A stretch of DNA of 63,626 nt, filler included, from Trichomonas gallinae (GCA_008369845.1; 6 parts of 6 records of this genome joined end to end with filler, not necessarily neighbours in it), one strand, 5' to 3'. Positions 40,979 to 52,128 are shown, counted from the whole stretch's first letter. Notes: generated by a model from the letters alone, not told the origin. Made by a program: numbers and translations.

Positions 40979-43189
40979 ATGGAGCAAAATAAGGGCCGCA
41001 TCATTAAAAACAAGCAATATTCGAACAAATTTAAGCCGTACAAGAAGCAAAATACAAACCAGGCTAATAAGACTGACAATCAAGACGACGAATTGTTGGA
41101 CGATCAAGAATTTACAACAAAGATTGTGTTAAATGACGGACAAACAGTCACTCGCTCCAAAGATGACGAAGAGCTCCTCGATGACCCAGATTTCACTACA
41201 AAAATTGTATTACCAAACAATTCATCTGCTGCAAAGCAAGATGACGAAGAAGAATTGCTTGATGATCCAGACTTTACCACTAAAATTGTCATTAACAACA
41301 GCGAAACTGCTCTAAAACCTCAAAACAAGCAGCCAAAGAAAAAACAACATAACAAGGCTAAAGCGGACGATGATGATGAATTACTTGATGACCCAGAGCT
41401 GAATGCCGTGATTGTAGTCGCCGACCAAAAAGATACCAATAAATTTGAAATTTACAGACCAGATCCTAATAAACTCCTTCTTTCAGAATCAGAGATCAAG
41501 TCTGTAATGCAGGCAGAGAACAAGAACCAACAGAATCAAACCCAAAACAATCAGAAGAATCAAAATCAAAAGAAGCAGGACAACAAGCAGAACAAAAAGC
41601 AGCCAAATAGCTACTCCTCTTCGAAATATCAAACACAAGAGCTGCCAAAGTTAACTCCACAGAATATTAAACAAAATCAAAACTACCAACAAGGCAAGCA
41701 AGGACAAGATACACCTCGTAGAAACCCACAACAGAATATGCGCCATCCTAACTCACAAAATAATCTAAATTCCCAGCAGAACGTGGTTCTTAATCCATAT
41801 CAGCGTGAACAACTTGGCCCACAGAGCCTTAACATGCGTAATTACAATTCCAAGCAGCAGAATGGCAACCAGAAGCCACAAAATGACAAGTATCAGAATG
41901 GAAATCAGAAACAACAAAACGGACATAGCCAAGATCAACAGAATCAGCAAAAGCAGAAACAAACCAAGAACCACACAGTTGGTGTTATCAAGATGAAGTC
42001 CATTCTTCAGGATTATCTTGACTACAGCTCGAAATACGAAACACCAGTCGTTGATTATCACGATTATGACCAGCCAAACTACATAAAGACAAAGCTTATT
42101 ACTGACATGCAGCTCCCACCAGAGCCTCAATTCGATAATCCTGATAATACAAATGATCGCGAATATTTCCCACAACAAGCAATTTTACCAAGAATGCAGC
42201 TGCCTAAGCAAAAGAATATTAAAACAATTGATGATATTTTCGCTGAACAGGCAGTAAAAGTACAAATGAAGGGACCAGCCCTTAAATCTGACCACCAAGT
42301 CAACCAAACAGATTTATCTTCAATTGCCGCACAGCTCGGCATCAAAGTACCATCCAACAAGCAGGCAGCTCCACCTGAGGCTCCATCCAAGCCAAAGATA
42401 TTAATTTCATCATCAGGTATCGAAATTACAGTAAACAAGAAGGCCAGCGAGCCAGCACCACAACAGCCAGCTGCTCTTGAGGTCAGAGGCTCATCACTCA
42501 ACCAAGGATTCGTTAAAGAGAGATCATCAACGGATGACATGTCTTTCTTAACATCACAAGTTGTTTCTCGCGATATCAACATGCCAGATCTCACAGTTGA
42601 GCGCCCAGTTCTCACTGGACACGCTGTCGTTGAGAAGAAGCAGAAGTCAGAGTTATTCATTCCTTCATTCAACATCAAGCAGCCTAATGATGTCTACAAC
42701 CTTTCCGATGACGAAGATAATCATGATGAAGATAGAAAATTCATCAACGACATCATGGGCATCGAAGAAGAAGATCGCAACGAACAATTCTTCAACGATG
42801 AACAAAACGTCGAGGAAGAAGAAGTCCAAGAAGAGGAAGGCGAGATATATATTAAGGCACAGCCAGGCGAGGAAGAGAATATCACGCCAATTTCTCCAGT
42901 CGATATCGTGTCGAGTGGAAAGGGCCAGGTTCTCCTTCCAAAGCCAAAGGTCGAGGAGGAGCCTGTAAAGGAAAAGGTTGAGCCTAAGATACCAGAAAAG
43001 GTCGAAAAAGTCGAAGAAGAGGAAGAGGAAGAAGAAGAAATCGCAGAAAAACCAATCAGCGAGGAAGTCATCATCCCAGCAAGAAGTGCAAAACCAGCAC
43101 AGAAGGGACTCTTGGGAGGTTCCAACATCTACATTATTGCAGCTGTTTCCGTCGTTATCTTGGCGATTCTTGCCAAGTTGTTACAATAG
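40979..43189 (+). CDS. Low-complexity (Q/N/K and E-rich) tail-anchored protein with four DDELLDDPDF-type repeats
   Basis: ATG 40979 in AAAATG context; four acidic repeats in the N-terminal ~160 aa; C-terminal TM IYIIAAVSVVILAILAKLL. Confidence 0.85.
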   Translation: MEQNKGRIIKNKQYSNKFKPYKKQNTNQANKTDNQDDELLDDQEFTTKIVLNDGQTVTRSKDDEELLDDPDFTTKIVLPNNSSAAKQDDEEELLDDPDFTTKIVINNSETALKPQNKQPKKKQHNKAKADDDDELLDDPELNAVIVVADQKDTNKFEIYRPDPNKLLLSESEIKSVMQAENKNQQNQTQNNQKNQNQKKQDNKQNKKQPNSYSSSKYQTQELPKLTPQNIKQNQNYQQGKQGQDTPRRNPQQNMRHPNSQNNLNSQQNVVLNPYQREQLGPQSLNMRNYNSKQQNGNQKPQNDKYQNGNQKQQNGHSQDQQNQQKQKQTKNHTVGVIKMKSILQDYLDYSSKYETPVVDYHDYDQPNYIKTKLITDMQLPPEPQFDNPDNTNDREYFPQQAILPRMQLPKQKNIKTIDDIFAEQAVKVQMKGPALKSDHQVNQTDLSSIAAQLGIKVPSNKQAAPPEAPSKPKILISSSGIEITVNKKASEPAPQQPAALEVRGSSLNQGFVKERSSTDDMSFLTSQVVSRDINMPDLTVERPVLTGHAVVEKKQKSELFIPSFNIKQPNDVYNLSDDEDNHDEDRKFINDIMGIEEEDRNEQFFNDEQNVEEEEVQEEEGEIYIKAQPGEEENITPISPVDIVSSGKGQVLLPKPKVEEEPVKEKVEPKIPEKVEKVEEEEEEEEEIAEKPISEEVIIPARSAKPAQKGLLGGSNIYIIAAVSVVILAILAKLLQ

Positions 43190-43656
43190 AACTAAAGATA
43201 TATTTATTGAATATGAGCAAAAGAATACTATTACAACTATACGAAATTAGACAGGTTTAGCTTATTATAAATTTATATTTTGGCACCGAATCAATTAAAT
43301 CATATTCACAGTTCACTGATATATAGAATTGATGTATTATATACAATTCTAAATCTACATTATTCTTTGAGAGTAGGATAATGTTTAAATCCGATACAAG
43401 ATTTATAAATATTGCATATAACTAGTGTTTTTCTCGGAAATTATTCGTTTAATCGTGGATTCTAATTATTTATATCAAATGCATACATAATTATCAGAAA
43501 AATATCAATTTATCGTGAATAATTTTGTATATATTTTGTATATATATTGAAAATCCAAATATTGAGTTCAAGAAAGTGGTTTTCCATGACAATATTGTTT
43601 ATTTAATGAACATTCTTCTGATAGACTGATTGCTTGTCATTAGAAGATATTTATGA

Positions 43657-45267
43657 TTATGGATTGCTTGCTGATGCTGGTATCTCTGCTGCAGGGCTAG
43701 CATTATCTTCTGGTGGAGAAAGCTCAGCAGCTTCGATCTTCCTCTTCTTATTCCTGAAGACAAGAAGAATCAAAATTCCAGAAAGGAGAGCAACGAAGGC
43801 TACACCAGCTATGCATAAACCAATTGTCAATCCTAGATTACCCTTTTTTTCCTCTGGAGGTTGTGGATCTGCAATTTCATCATATGAGAACGCTTTCATT
43901 AGTGGTGGAACTGTGCCAGAAAAACTCGGGAACAAGAAATTATTTTCATTCTCTTCCGTCAATACTCTTCCTCGAGTATTGACTTGTTGAGTATAATTAA
44001 TTATAAATTTATAAACACCCTTAGAATCTCCGGTTTTCTGTGAGGTTTTGACCGTAAAACTCGAAACTGCTTTATGAAGATTTAAATATGAAGTTGTATT
44101 CTCCAATTCAATTGTATCCGCATTTGCATTAGCAGAATATGTTTTTTCGGCATACATAGGTGTCTGAGTCTTGTAGTTGAAATTTAGTGGAGATGAATAA
44201 ATAAAGTCGGCATAAGTTACTAACGAAATATTTTCGTTAGAATCATAGACTAATTCCATTGTACCTGATGGTAATGTTGATATCTTTGTTATAACTGTTT
44301 CGTTAAATTCCTTTAATCCATCATTACCTCCTGAATCACCTCCAGTGTCATCTCCTGTATCTCCGGTATCATCTCCTGTATCACCGGTGCCATCTCCTGT
44401 ATCACCGGTGCCATCTCCTGTATCACCAGTACCATCTCCTTGGTCATTTGTGTGTTCGCCTAATTCTTCATCTCTTTGATCGTTATATAATTTTCTTTTT
44501 CTGTATTTTAAGGCCTGTTTGGCTTTGTAAAACCTGTAACGTAATTCATCTTGGTAACTCTTCCATTTTCTAGTTGATTTAAGCTTCCTTTTAGTGATTA
44601 ATCTTTTAGCTCCAGTAGCTTCAGAAGATCCATCGTTGTGTTCGCTTGATTCTACTGATTGATCATTTTCATGTGAATTTTCTTGAGTACTTGATTGATC
44701 TCCACCTTGTGTTTCACCATCTTGGCCACTTTCTGTTTCAGATCCTTCTCCTTCACCACTGTCGCCATGATCTGTGCCATCTCCTTCTTCTGTGCCATCG
44801 CCAGGCTCTTGGCTATCACCATCACCTTCACCATATCCATCATCACCATCGCCATATCCATCATCGCCTCCATCATCAGGATCATTTGGGTTATCATCAC
44901 TCCAATCGAATTTTTTACTTATAGTTGTGAATGACGGATTTATTTTTCTAACTTGTATCCTGCAGGCGCTATTTGGATCCGTGCATTGGACTTTTATTGT
45001 TGCAAAATATTGAATACCAAGGTTGACAATAAGCGGGTTAAACGATTCATTGGTTATATCCCATCCAAAATCACCGAATGTTCCTATTCTTACGCTGTAA
45101 TCGCCTTCTCCGCCAATAATGAAGCTTTCATGAAAACAATATGATTCTCCTGGTTTAATAGTGATGATTGGAGCTTCGAGAACTAAAAGAGGATAATCGG
45201 TGCAATTAGTAAATGGTGAAAACTCATATTGTTGAGCCCTGCGACGCAGAAGCAGAAGCGACAACAT
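43657..45267 (-). CDS. Type I membrane (surface) protein with acidic Gly/Asp/Thr repeats
   Basis: Signal MLSLLLL; GDGDDGY and GDGTGDT repeats; TM LTIGLCIAGVAFVALLSGILILLVF followed by RNKKRK. Confidence 0.88.
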   Translation of the reverse strand: MLSLLLLRRRAQQYEFSPFTNCTDYPLLVLEAPIITIKPGESYCFHESFIIGGEGDYSVRIGTFGDFGWDITNESFNPLIVNLGIQYFATIKVQCTDPNSACRIQVRKINPSFTTISKKFDWSDDNPNDPDDGGDDGYGDGDDGYGEGDGDSQEPGDGTEEGDGTDHGDSGEGEGSETESGQDGETQGGDQSSTQENSHENDQSVESSEHNDGSSEATGAKRLITKRKLKSTRKWKSYQDELRYRFYKAKQALKYRKRKLYNDQRDEELGEHTNDQGDGTGDTGDGTGDTGDGTGDTGDDTGDTGDDTGGDSGGNDGLKEFNETVITKISTLPSGTMELVYDSNENISLVTYADFIYSSPLNFNYKTQTPMYAEKTYSANANADTIELENTTSYLNLHKAVSSFTVKTSQKTGDSKGVYKFIINYTQQVNTRGRVLTEENENNFLFPSFSGTVPPLMKAFSYDEIADPQPPEEKKGNLGLTIGLCIAGVAFVALLSGILILLVFRNKKRKIEAAELSPPEDNASPAAEIPASASNP

Positions 45268-45896
45268 TTTTGAATTAATTCACAAAAATTTTGAAATAAA
45301 TTATTTTACAATATCAACATATTTCGACAATTAAATAAAATTCATTAATATTGTAATTATTTGTAAACTTTTCAAATATTTTTATGTAAAAAACGTTTTG
45401 TGCCATTTTATTTGTTGTATGATTACTAATCGATTTAATAATTTTGAACTTTGCTTCAAAAAAAATTAACTCATAAAATAATTCATAATAATAAAATATA
45501 TATATAATATTATTATAAATTTTTATACTTTGAAAGAAAAATCAACTAATTTATTCTGAAGGTTTATTTTGTAAAAAATAATTTTCCATTTAAATCATAA
45601 TGATCTAACAATAGATATTATTTAAATAAAAAACATATATATCGATTTTACTTTAAAATATTGTATAATATCTATAATACAATATAATATTCGATGAATA
45701 AAATCGATTCGTTTTTTCAGTTTACAAAATTTTACATGATCGAAATTGTTTTGAAATTTATTTGCAATATCAGCTGGGTGAAAAGTTATCTAAGTAACGG
45801 CAATAATTGATACCGATTTGATGATTAAATGACATTTTTTCCAAGAAATTACATCAGGTTTTTTCTCAAAATTGCTTATTTCAATAAAATTAATTA

Positions 45897-46013
45897 CCCA
45901 GATTTCCCTCATTCTTACCAACTTTACACGGACCCTGCATAATTTGAAAAAATCGTTATCGTCGTGCCAACCCCTGCCTAAAAAACAGTTGGTAATAGTG
46001 AGGGAAATCTGGG
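45897..46013. mobile_element. MITE-like element, 117 bp, 27-bp TIRs, TA flanks
   Basis: CCCAGATTTCCCTCATTCTTACCAACT (45897-923) versus AGTTGGTAATAGTGAGGGAAATCTGGG (45987-46013): 25/27 complementary; TA on both sides. Confidence 0.6.
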
Positions 46014-46385
46014 TAATATATACTATATTAATCAACTATATAAATCGTTTGAACATATGAATACATAAGTGAATATACCAGATTCAATTAGGTATCGTAG
46101 AAATTTGAATTGATTAGATATTAACAGTGTTAGACTAAATTGAATCAATGAAAAAGTCGATTTGTAGGCAATAGTAGAAACACTAATGTATTCATATGTT
46201 CAAGCGATTTAGTTTCCATTCTGAACTACGATAGCAGTGACAATAGATATAAGTGATGCAGACATTAATTTTTTGACATTTGACAAACATATTTTGACAT
46301 GTAAATTTGTTCGTTTAGACAAGAAAAAAGTTTATTTCTGACATGTAAATAATAATAAACTGAAAAGTGTCAAGAAACTTCGAGG

Positions 46386-48707
46386 ATGGAGGTGGGACAG
46401 TGGAATCTCACATCCACTCCATTCCGAGGCTTCAAAGTCTTACAAATCAACTCAAAAGCTCTTCCAACAGATGAATCCAAAGAAAATTTGAAAAATCGTC
46501 TTTTATTATTGTCACATCAGCTCGCAAGAAAAAATATTCCAGCATATTGCTTAAATAAATCCCCAGAATATTCAGAAAAACAAAGTGACGATCCAATCAT
46601 CATTGTTTTTGACTTATATAAGCACGCGGAAGAATTTGAATTTCCAGATTGGACGGAAATAACGTCCTGGGTCCCAACAATAGACAAAAACATTCGCTAC
46701 TCTTTTCTCGACGACCTGCAAAAGGCTATAAATCTCGCTACAGCCTACAAATTGAGTGATTTGGATCCAGTTTACTTCTGGAATTTCTTGTATTTCGAAA
46801 TTCCTGACACTCCATGCAACAACTATATATACCAGAATATCCCTGTCTACTCACAGGACGAAATTTACATAAGAATGTTCGTTTCATCGCAGCCAACTTC
46901 TTATCTTAGCAGACACGCAAGAATCAGGCCAAAAACCTTAGTCCTTATACCACCTTATGTTCATCCATTCTATGTTCAGTCAATTTCTTCGCATCAAGCA
47001 ACTTTAGTTTCAATAACGAAAAAAATCATTCATCTTCCATTCGAAAATCAAACTTTTATCACACTTACAAAATGGCCAAGCTCTATTTTCAGATTTGCAA
47101 AGGCTGGGCCAGCAGAAGTTGAAATCGAGAAAAAGATCGAACAAACAGATTATCAGACAGATTTTTACGAAGGAGCAGATGAAGGAATTGAACAATTCTT
47201 TGCCAACAATTTTGGAGACGTCGAAGAGCCACCACAAGTATTGCCACAAGAATTTGTCGCTTTTCCAACAATGAACGCATATCAGCTCATCGATGAGATG
47301 ATAGAAAACACAGAAGAGAGGAAAGCTCTTAAAAAGATCCTTGAAATCAATCCAATTTTTCCAAAATTAATCGATAAACTGCTACTTCCACGTATTCCTT
47401 TCATTTCTCCTTTATCAACAGACACATCGATTCCTGTTGCATCTAGGACACTTGGACCGGTCCCAAACACACTCTCCTCCATAGAAGGAGGATTTCATCT
47501 CGGAATTCCAAACTGCACGGTACTACAGAACGGCCACACAATACAAGTACCAGCGAACACATGCTACAGTCAATGGACTGAGAACTGCTACCTGCCAATA
47601 AGCGGCCCCCTGAAGACGAAATACGCAGTTTACGTCATCGGACAAGTAACAAAAGAGATAGAAATCTTCTTCAAAGAGCTGGAAAGCTATTACTCACTAC
47701 TGAGGCTCGGCGAGCTCACGCCTCTACAGAACTGCATCGAAACAACAGCTGAGAACACTCTCAACGGAAAAATCAAGCAAAGATTCGAAACTGAGTTTAA
47801 TTCAGAACAACCAACAGTTTTTATAGTACATCCGATTGTTTTCGGCTGCAACATTGATGCTCACGTTATTACAACGCCTATCATGGAGTCGGACATTGTA
47901 GACCACTCGAGCGATTACATGATGAACTTGGCTCTTTTGGTCTACACCCGATTGAGAGAGCTAAGATCAGAGCCTTACGGTGGTCTTAATTTCGGCAACG
48001 AAGAATTCACGTCACTTTTCTTTGGATTCAAGTTTTCGACTCCAATCAGCTTCGAAAGGTCTGCTCCTGATGCTCCAGTGCATCTGCACGTTGCTTGGGA
48101 CCCAGACACTAAGCTGAGCTCCTGGTGTGATGATACGTGCCAGTTCTTCCATGCGAACAAGGCAATGGACATCGACATGCTGAGGAAAACATTCGCCAAG
48201 ATCAGAGAACAGTTGAGCGGAACATCTGTCAGTCTCATTTTATCTGTCGTCGCCGAGGGAATCAGCGAGCAGCTCTACAATGATATAATGGCAGAAGACT
48301 TTTTAAACGTCAGCGATTTCAAGCTCGTGACTGTTTTCCCTGCGCCAGGTGTACAAGCTTTCTTCAACGAGCCATTCGATGACGACATAATCATCAAATC
48401 TTCGCATGAAAGATGCTTCGATGTACCTGCAGGTGGATTCATCCCTCCACTCGCGACTTGCTTCGTGCTGCCTTACAGCCTCACTCCTTACACGGTCTCT
48501 GTCTTCTCACATCAGAGTGATGATGACTGGAATGCATTAGTAAACGTGACAAGGGAACTTTCTGCCATGTCATGGACAGCAGCTTGCTTCGGAAAGGAGA
48601 AAAGAATATCAGCCCTTCCAATTCATGTGCGCTCACTCTTGAGAAGAGCGAGAAAGCCGACTCTGACAGTCTCCCGCTTCGAATTTTTGCCACCAAGATC
48701 AGAATAA
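46386..48707 (+). CDS. MED13: Mediator kinase-module subunit Med13-like (compact, MID/medPIWI region)
   Basis: WTENCYLPISGPLKTKYAVY, YSLLRLGELTP and C-terminal ELSAMSW...RISALPIHV correspond to Med13 motifs WExxxLxPxSGPK, LRLGxHxP and LSWL...RSxLPxH. Confidence 0.65.
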   Translation: MEVGQWNLTSTPFRGFKVLQINSKALPTDESKENLKNRLLLLSHQLARKNIPAYCLNKSPEYSEKQSDDPIIIVFDLYKHAEEFEFPDWTEITSWVPTIDKNIRYSFLDDLQKAINLATAYKLSDLDPVYFWNFLYFEIPDTPCNNYIYQNIPVYSQDEIYIRMFVSSQPTSYLSRHARIRPKTLVLIPPYVHPFYVQSISSHQATLVSITKKIIHLPFENQTFITLTKWPSSIFRFAKAGPAEVEIEKKIEQTDYQTDFYEGADEGIEQFFANNFGDVEEPPQVLPQEFVAFPTMNAYQLIDEMIENTEERKALKKILEINPIFPKLIDKLLLPRIPFISPLSTDTSIPVASRTLGPVPNTLSSIEGGFHLGIPNCTVLQNGHTIQVPANTCYSQWTENCYLPISGPLKTKYAVYVIGQVTKEIEIFFKELESYYSLLRLGELTPLQNCIETTAENTLNGKIKQRFETEFNSEQPTVFIVHPIVFGCNIDAHVITTPIMESDIVDHSSDYMMNLALLVYTRLRELRSEPYGGLNFGNEEFTSLFFGFKFSTPISFERSAPDAPVHLHVAWDPDTKLSSWCDDTCQFFHANKAMDIDMLRKTFAKIREQLSGTSVSLILSVVAEGISEQLYNDIMAEDFLNVSDFKLVTVFPAPGVQAFFNEPFDDDIIIKSSHERCFDVPAGGFIPPLATCFVLPYSLTPYTVSVFSHQSDDDWNALVNVTRELSAMSWTAACFGKEKRISALPIHVRSLLRRARKPTLTVSRFEFLPPRSE

Positions 48708-49402
48708 ATTGTGTTATTGTTTTGTTAAGTTATTATTTTTTAATCCAAGATTAGCATTTATTAGATTGTCCCGCATTCACTTCTGTTGTCAGCCCTTCTA
48801 TCAATTGTCGTGAGAACAAATACGACTGAAACTTGTTTTGAATTTATGTATGTTAAAAGCTTTTGATAAACATTTGCAACATCTTCTGCATTGCCTATGT
48901 TTTGCCATATAATATCAGCAACTTCTTGAAAAGGAATAAATACATCATGAACAGAATCCATGAATATGTAATTTTAAAAAATGCTGGATTCATTTATTTT
49001 AAGTTGACCAATTCAAAATGCTAATAAAAATTTAATAAAATAATATCTATTGCTCAACAGGATGAATATTTTATAAAAATTGTTTATTGTTTAAATTATA
49101 CATCGCAATATCAAAAATACTTTGAACGATGAGTTATATTTTTTCATTCAAATATTATCATATCAAATGCAAACAAATCTTTTGGCGAGAATATCAAATC
49201 TAATTCAGCGACAATAAAAATTATCTTAAAATATTTTGAATTTTTGGAAAATATGATTGGATGTTTGCATTTACATATTAGTATATTTTTGTTAATAACC
49301 TGTTTCATTTTATAAAAAAACATTTTTTTAAGGGTCGACCGACATACTCACTTTTTGAATGCCCCTGCTTTAAATTTTAGAACTTGCGCTTACAATTTTG
49401 AG

Positions 49403-49502
49403 NNNNNNNNNNNNNNNNNNNNNNNNNNNNNNNNNNNNNNNNNNNNTTAATTAATTAANNNNNNNNNNNNNNNNNNNNNNNNNNNNNNNNNNNNNNNNNN
49501 NN
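49403..49502. other. Artificial contig spacer
   Basis: N44-TTAATTAATTAA-N44. Confidence 0.97.
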
Positions 49503-49755
49503 GATTCCGCCTTGCTTTTCGCGCGCTGAATAAAATTGCGCATTTCGTTCGCTGCTAAAAAGTGAGAATTCGCACAACCCTATTTGTACATAATAAACTT
49601 TGTTTATATTATAGATTTTCAATATAAATCCATTGTATATATTTTTTTTTGATGTTATGTGGTAATTCAACATATTTTTTCATCAAATGACTGCAAAAAT
49701 ACTAGGCCTGCAATATATTGCATTGAATTATAATCATTTAATAGCTAGAAAATAT

Positions 49756-49868
49756 TTTACATGTCAAAATATTTCAATAATTCGTTTTACACGTCAAAAA
49801 ATATATTAATTTACATGTCAAAATAAATTCTTTACATGCCAAAATATGAATTATTTTACATGTCAAAA
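49756..49868 (+). repeat. Array of five TTTACAYG(T/C)CAAAA motifs upstream of the DHHC gene
   Basis: Cores at 49759, 49789, 49813, 49834, 49858; ATG at 49889. Confidence 0.85.
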
Positions 49869-49888
49869 TTTCCAAAATCATTCAAAAA

Positions 49889-50788
49889 ATGCTTGGAAAT
49901 TTTATTGTTCCTTCTCTAGGAATTCTACAATTTATTATACAAATCATTTTGACCAAGTACGTAATTATTGAAATAATGAAGAATACTGATAGTTTTGGCA
50001 AGTTTACTCTATGCATTTTCCAAATATTTACAATTGTTCTTGGATATCCTTATTATTTGCTTGCAGCTTATATGGATCCTGGTTATTTAACTAAAGAAAT
50101 CGTTGAAAGAATGAAAAATGATCCAGAATATCGAGAAGATTTGGATGAATTTGGTGGTAAGTGCATATGCGGTTTTTGCCACATGCAGAGACCTTTAAGA
50201 AGTCACCACTGTTACAGGTGCGAAAAATGCGTTCTTGTTTATGATCATCATTGTTACATTATTAATAACTGTGTTGGACACAGGAATTATAAGATGTTCA
50301 TTTCATTTCTATTCATATGGTTTTGGAATGCAGTGTTTTCATTGATATTAATCGGATATAGATTTTCGAATTTTCAGAATAGTTTAACAATGAGGATTTT
50401 ATTGATAGGATCCATTATATTTTACTTAGTTATAGGATCTCAGATAGTAACACAACTAATTGTTCAAGTTCCTCTTTTAATAACGAATACAACTTTTGTT
50501 GAAATGAAAGAAAACAGGAGGTTCCAAAGAATATATAGCAATCACAAAATCACAGCTTACAACAGATATCATACAGGAAATATTGCAGGAAATATCGCTT
50601 GTAGATTCGGATCAAATCCATTATTTTGGTTTTTGCCGACTCCAAACTATGACAAAGGATATATATTTGAGCAGAATCCATTATATGTGCCAGTGTATAA
50701 AATTGCTTTCCATGATAACGAGAATTTTTATCTAAATGAAGATCGACCACATAAGCGTCAAATACAAGCTCAAGATGATATCCAGTGA
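49889..50788 (+). CDS. DHHC zinc-finger palmitoyltransferase
   Basis: DPG motif; CGFCHMQRPLRSHHCYRCEKCVLVYDHHCYIINNCVGHRNYKMF; TTFVE; four TM segments. Confidence 0.95.
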   Translation: MLGNFIVPSLGILQFIIQIILTKYVIIEIMKNTDSFGKFTLCIFQIFTIVLGYPYYLLAAYMDPGYLTKEIVERMKNDPEYREDLDEFGGKCICGFCHMQRPLRSHHCYRCEKCVLVYDHHCYIINNCVGHRNYKMFISFLFIWFWNAVFSLILIGYRFSNFQNSLTMRILLIGSIIFYLVIGSQIVTQLIVQVPLLITNTTFVEMKENRRFQRIYSNHKITAYNRYHTGNIAGNIACRFGSNPLFWFLPTPNYDKGYIFEQNPLYVPVYKIAFHDNENFYLNEDRPHKRQIQAQDDIQ

Positions 50789-51015
50789 TGCATATTTTGA
50801 TCTGATTTTTGTTATTTTTTGTTAATTTTGATTTTTATATGAAATAAATTGTGTTTGATTAATAAGCATAGCATCAACATATTATAGACTTCATATAATA
50901 ACATTTATAAATTACAAATAATAATAAAACGCATAATTTTAGAATATTTAATACAAATACATAGATTTCTAAACAATAATTGTGACAAGTAGTTACAATG
51001 GGAGCATATATTGTT

Positions 51016-52128
51016 TCAATGCTTCTTTAAAGTAATATAAAGAGAGCTTGAACTATTTCCGAAAGAAAGATGGTCTGGGCCTTGAGAATCTTGCTGGTCA
51101 GATATGGTGGTTTGAGTATCAACATTTTGCTGCTCAGTTTTTGTCTTTTCTTGTGGATTTTTATAATGTTTCAAAATATTAGGCCTAGCACCAAATATTT
51201 TAGTTTCTTCTTGTTTCCCTTCTGCATTTTTAGTCTTTAACAAGACTGGCACAAGAGGATCAAATGGTTTAACAAATGATACGAAAATTGTCATTCCTGG
51301 AGTGATTTCTTCTATTTTTGTGATTTCTTTTGAATCAAAAGTTCTGAGTTTTTTGATTTTTTGCGTGTTTTTAAGTGTGACTGCAATATTTCTGTGTAAT
51401 TCTTTGATTGAAGAAGGAACTTTAATAGGCTTTGATATAATATCAGGAGATTGATTATCATCACGAACATATACAACCGTATCGCTAAATTTTTCAGTTA
51501 TTTTGTTTTGATTTGATATTTTTGTATCGGAATGCATATCATATTGTTTCACTAATGTATTGTATGGCCCTAATAGTTGTAAATCTTTTAATAGTTTAAA
51601 TTCTGTATCTTCTATTTCTTCTGATATATTTAATGCTTCCTGAAGAATATCAATTGGACGTAGTTCAGCTCTATCAAACGTAATTAAATCCGTATGTGGA
51701 AGTGTGTATTTACTAAAATATTCGGAATTTTGCTCCTCTGTATTTTGAGATAAAATAAGATCAATTTTTCGAGTAGATATTGGATGCATCCCATTTCTGT
51801 ACATATTAGCTATATCTACTAAACTTTTCAGCTCATATATTGCTTGAATTAATTCTTTTGGTAATTCGTTATTTTTAATATTAGTAATTTCGTCTATATA
51901 TTTCGTTGTTTTCGAATATGACTTTAACTTAATCGAATGCAATGCATAAATTGTTAAATATTTCAATACAATTTCAGGTCGATTTGTATTTACATGAGTT
52001 AAAAGGATTTCCTTGGCACTGCGCATCTCCTTCTCTTCTTTTTTGACTTTAGGAGTGAGAATTTCTTTCCAATATTCTAATCCATAAACTTTTGATGTTT
52101 TTTTCATCCAAAAAAATGATCTCGACAT
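51016..52128 (-). CDS. Hypothetical protein with a possible doublecortin/ubiquitin-like domain
   Basis: VPSSIKELH...KKLRTFDSKEITKIEEITPGMTIFVS resembles DCX/KHA-type domains. Confidence 0.65.
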   Translation of the reverse strand: MSRSFFWMKKTSKVYGLEYWKEILTPKVKKEEKEMRSAKEILLTHVNTNRPEIVLKYLTIYALHSIKLKSYSKTTKYIDEITNIKNNELPKELIQAIYELKSLVDIANMYRNGMHPISTRKIDLILSQNTEEQNSEYFSKYTLPHTDLITFDRAELRPIDILQEALNISEEIEDTEFKLLKDLQLLGPYNTLVKQYDMHSDTKISNQNKITEKFSDTVVYVRDDNQSPDIISKPIKVPSSIKELHRNIAVTLKNTQKIKKLRTFDSKEITKIEEITPGMTIFVSFVKPFDPLVPVLLKTKNAEGKQEETKIFGARPNILKHYKNPQEKTKTEQQNVDTQTTISDQQDSQGPDHLSFGNSSSSLYITLKKH

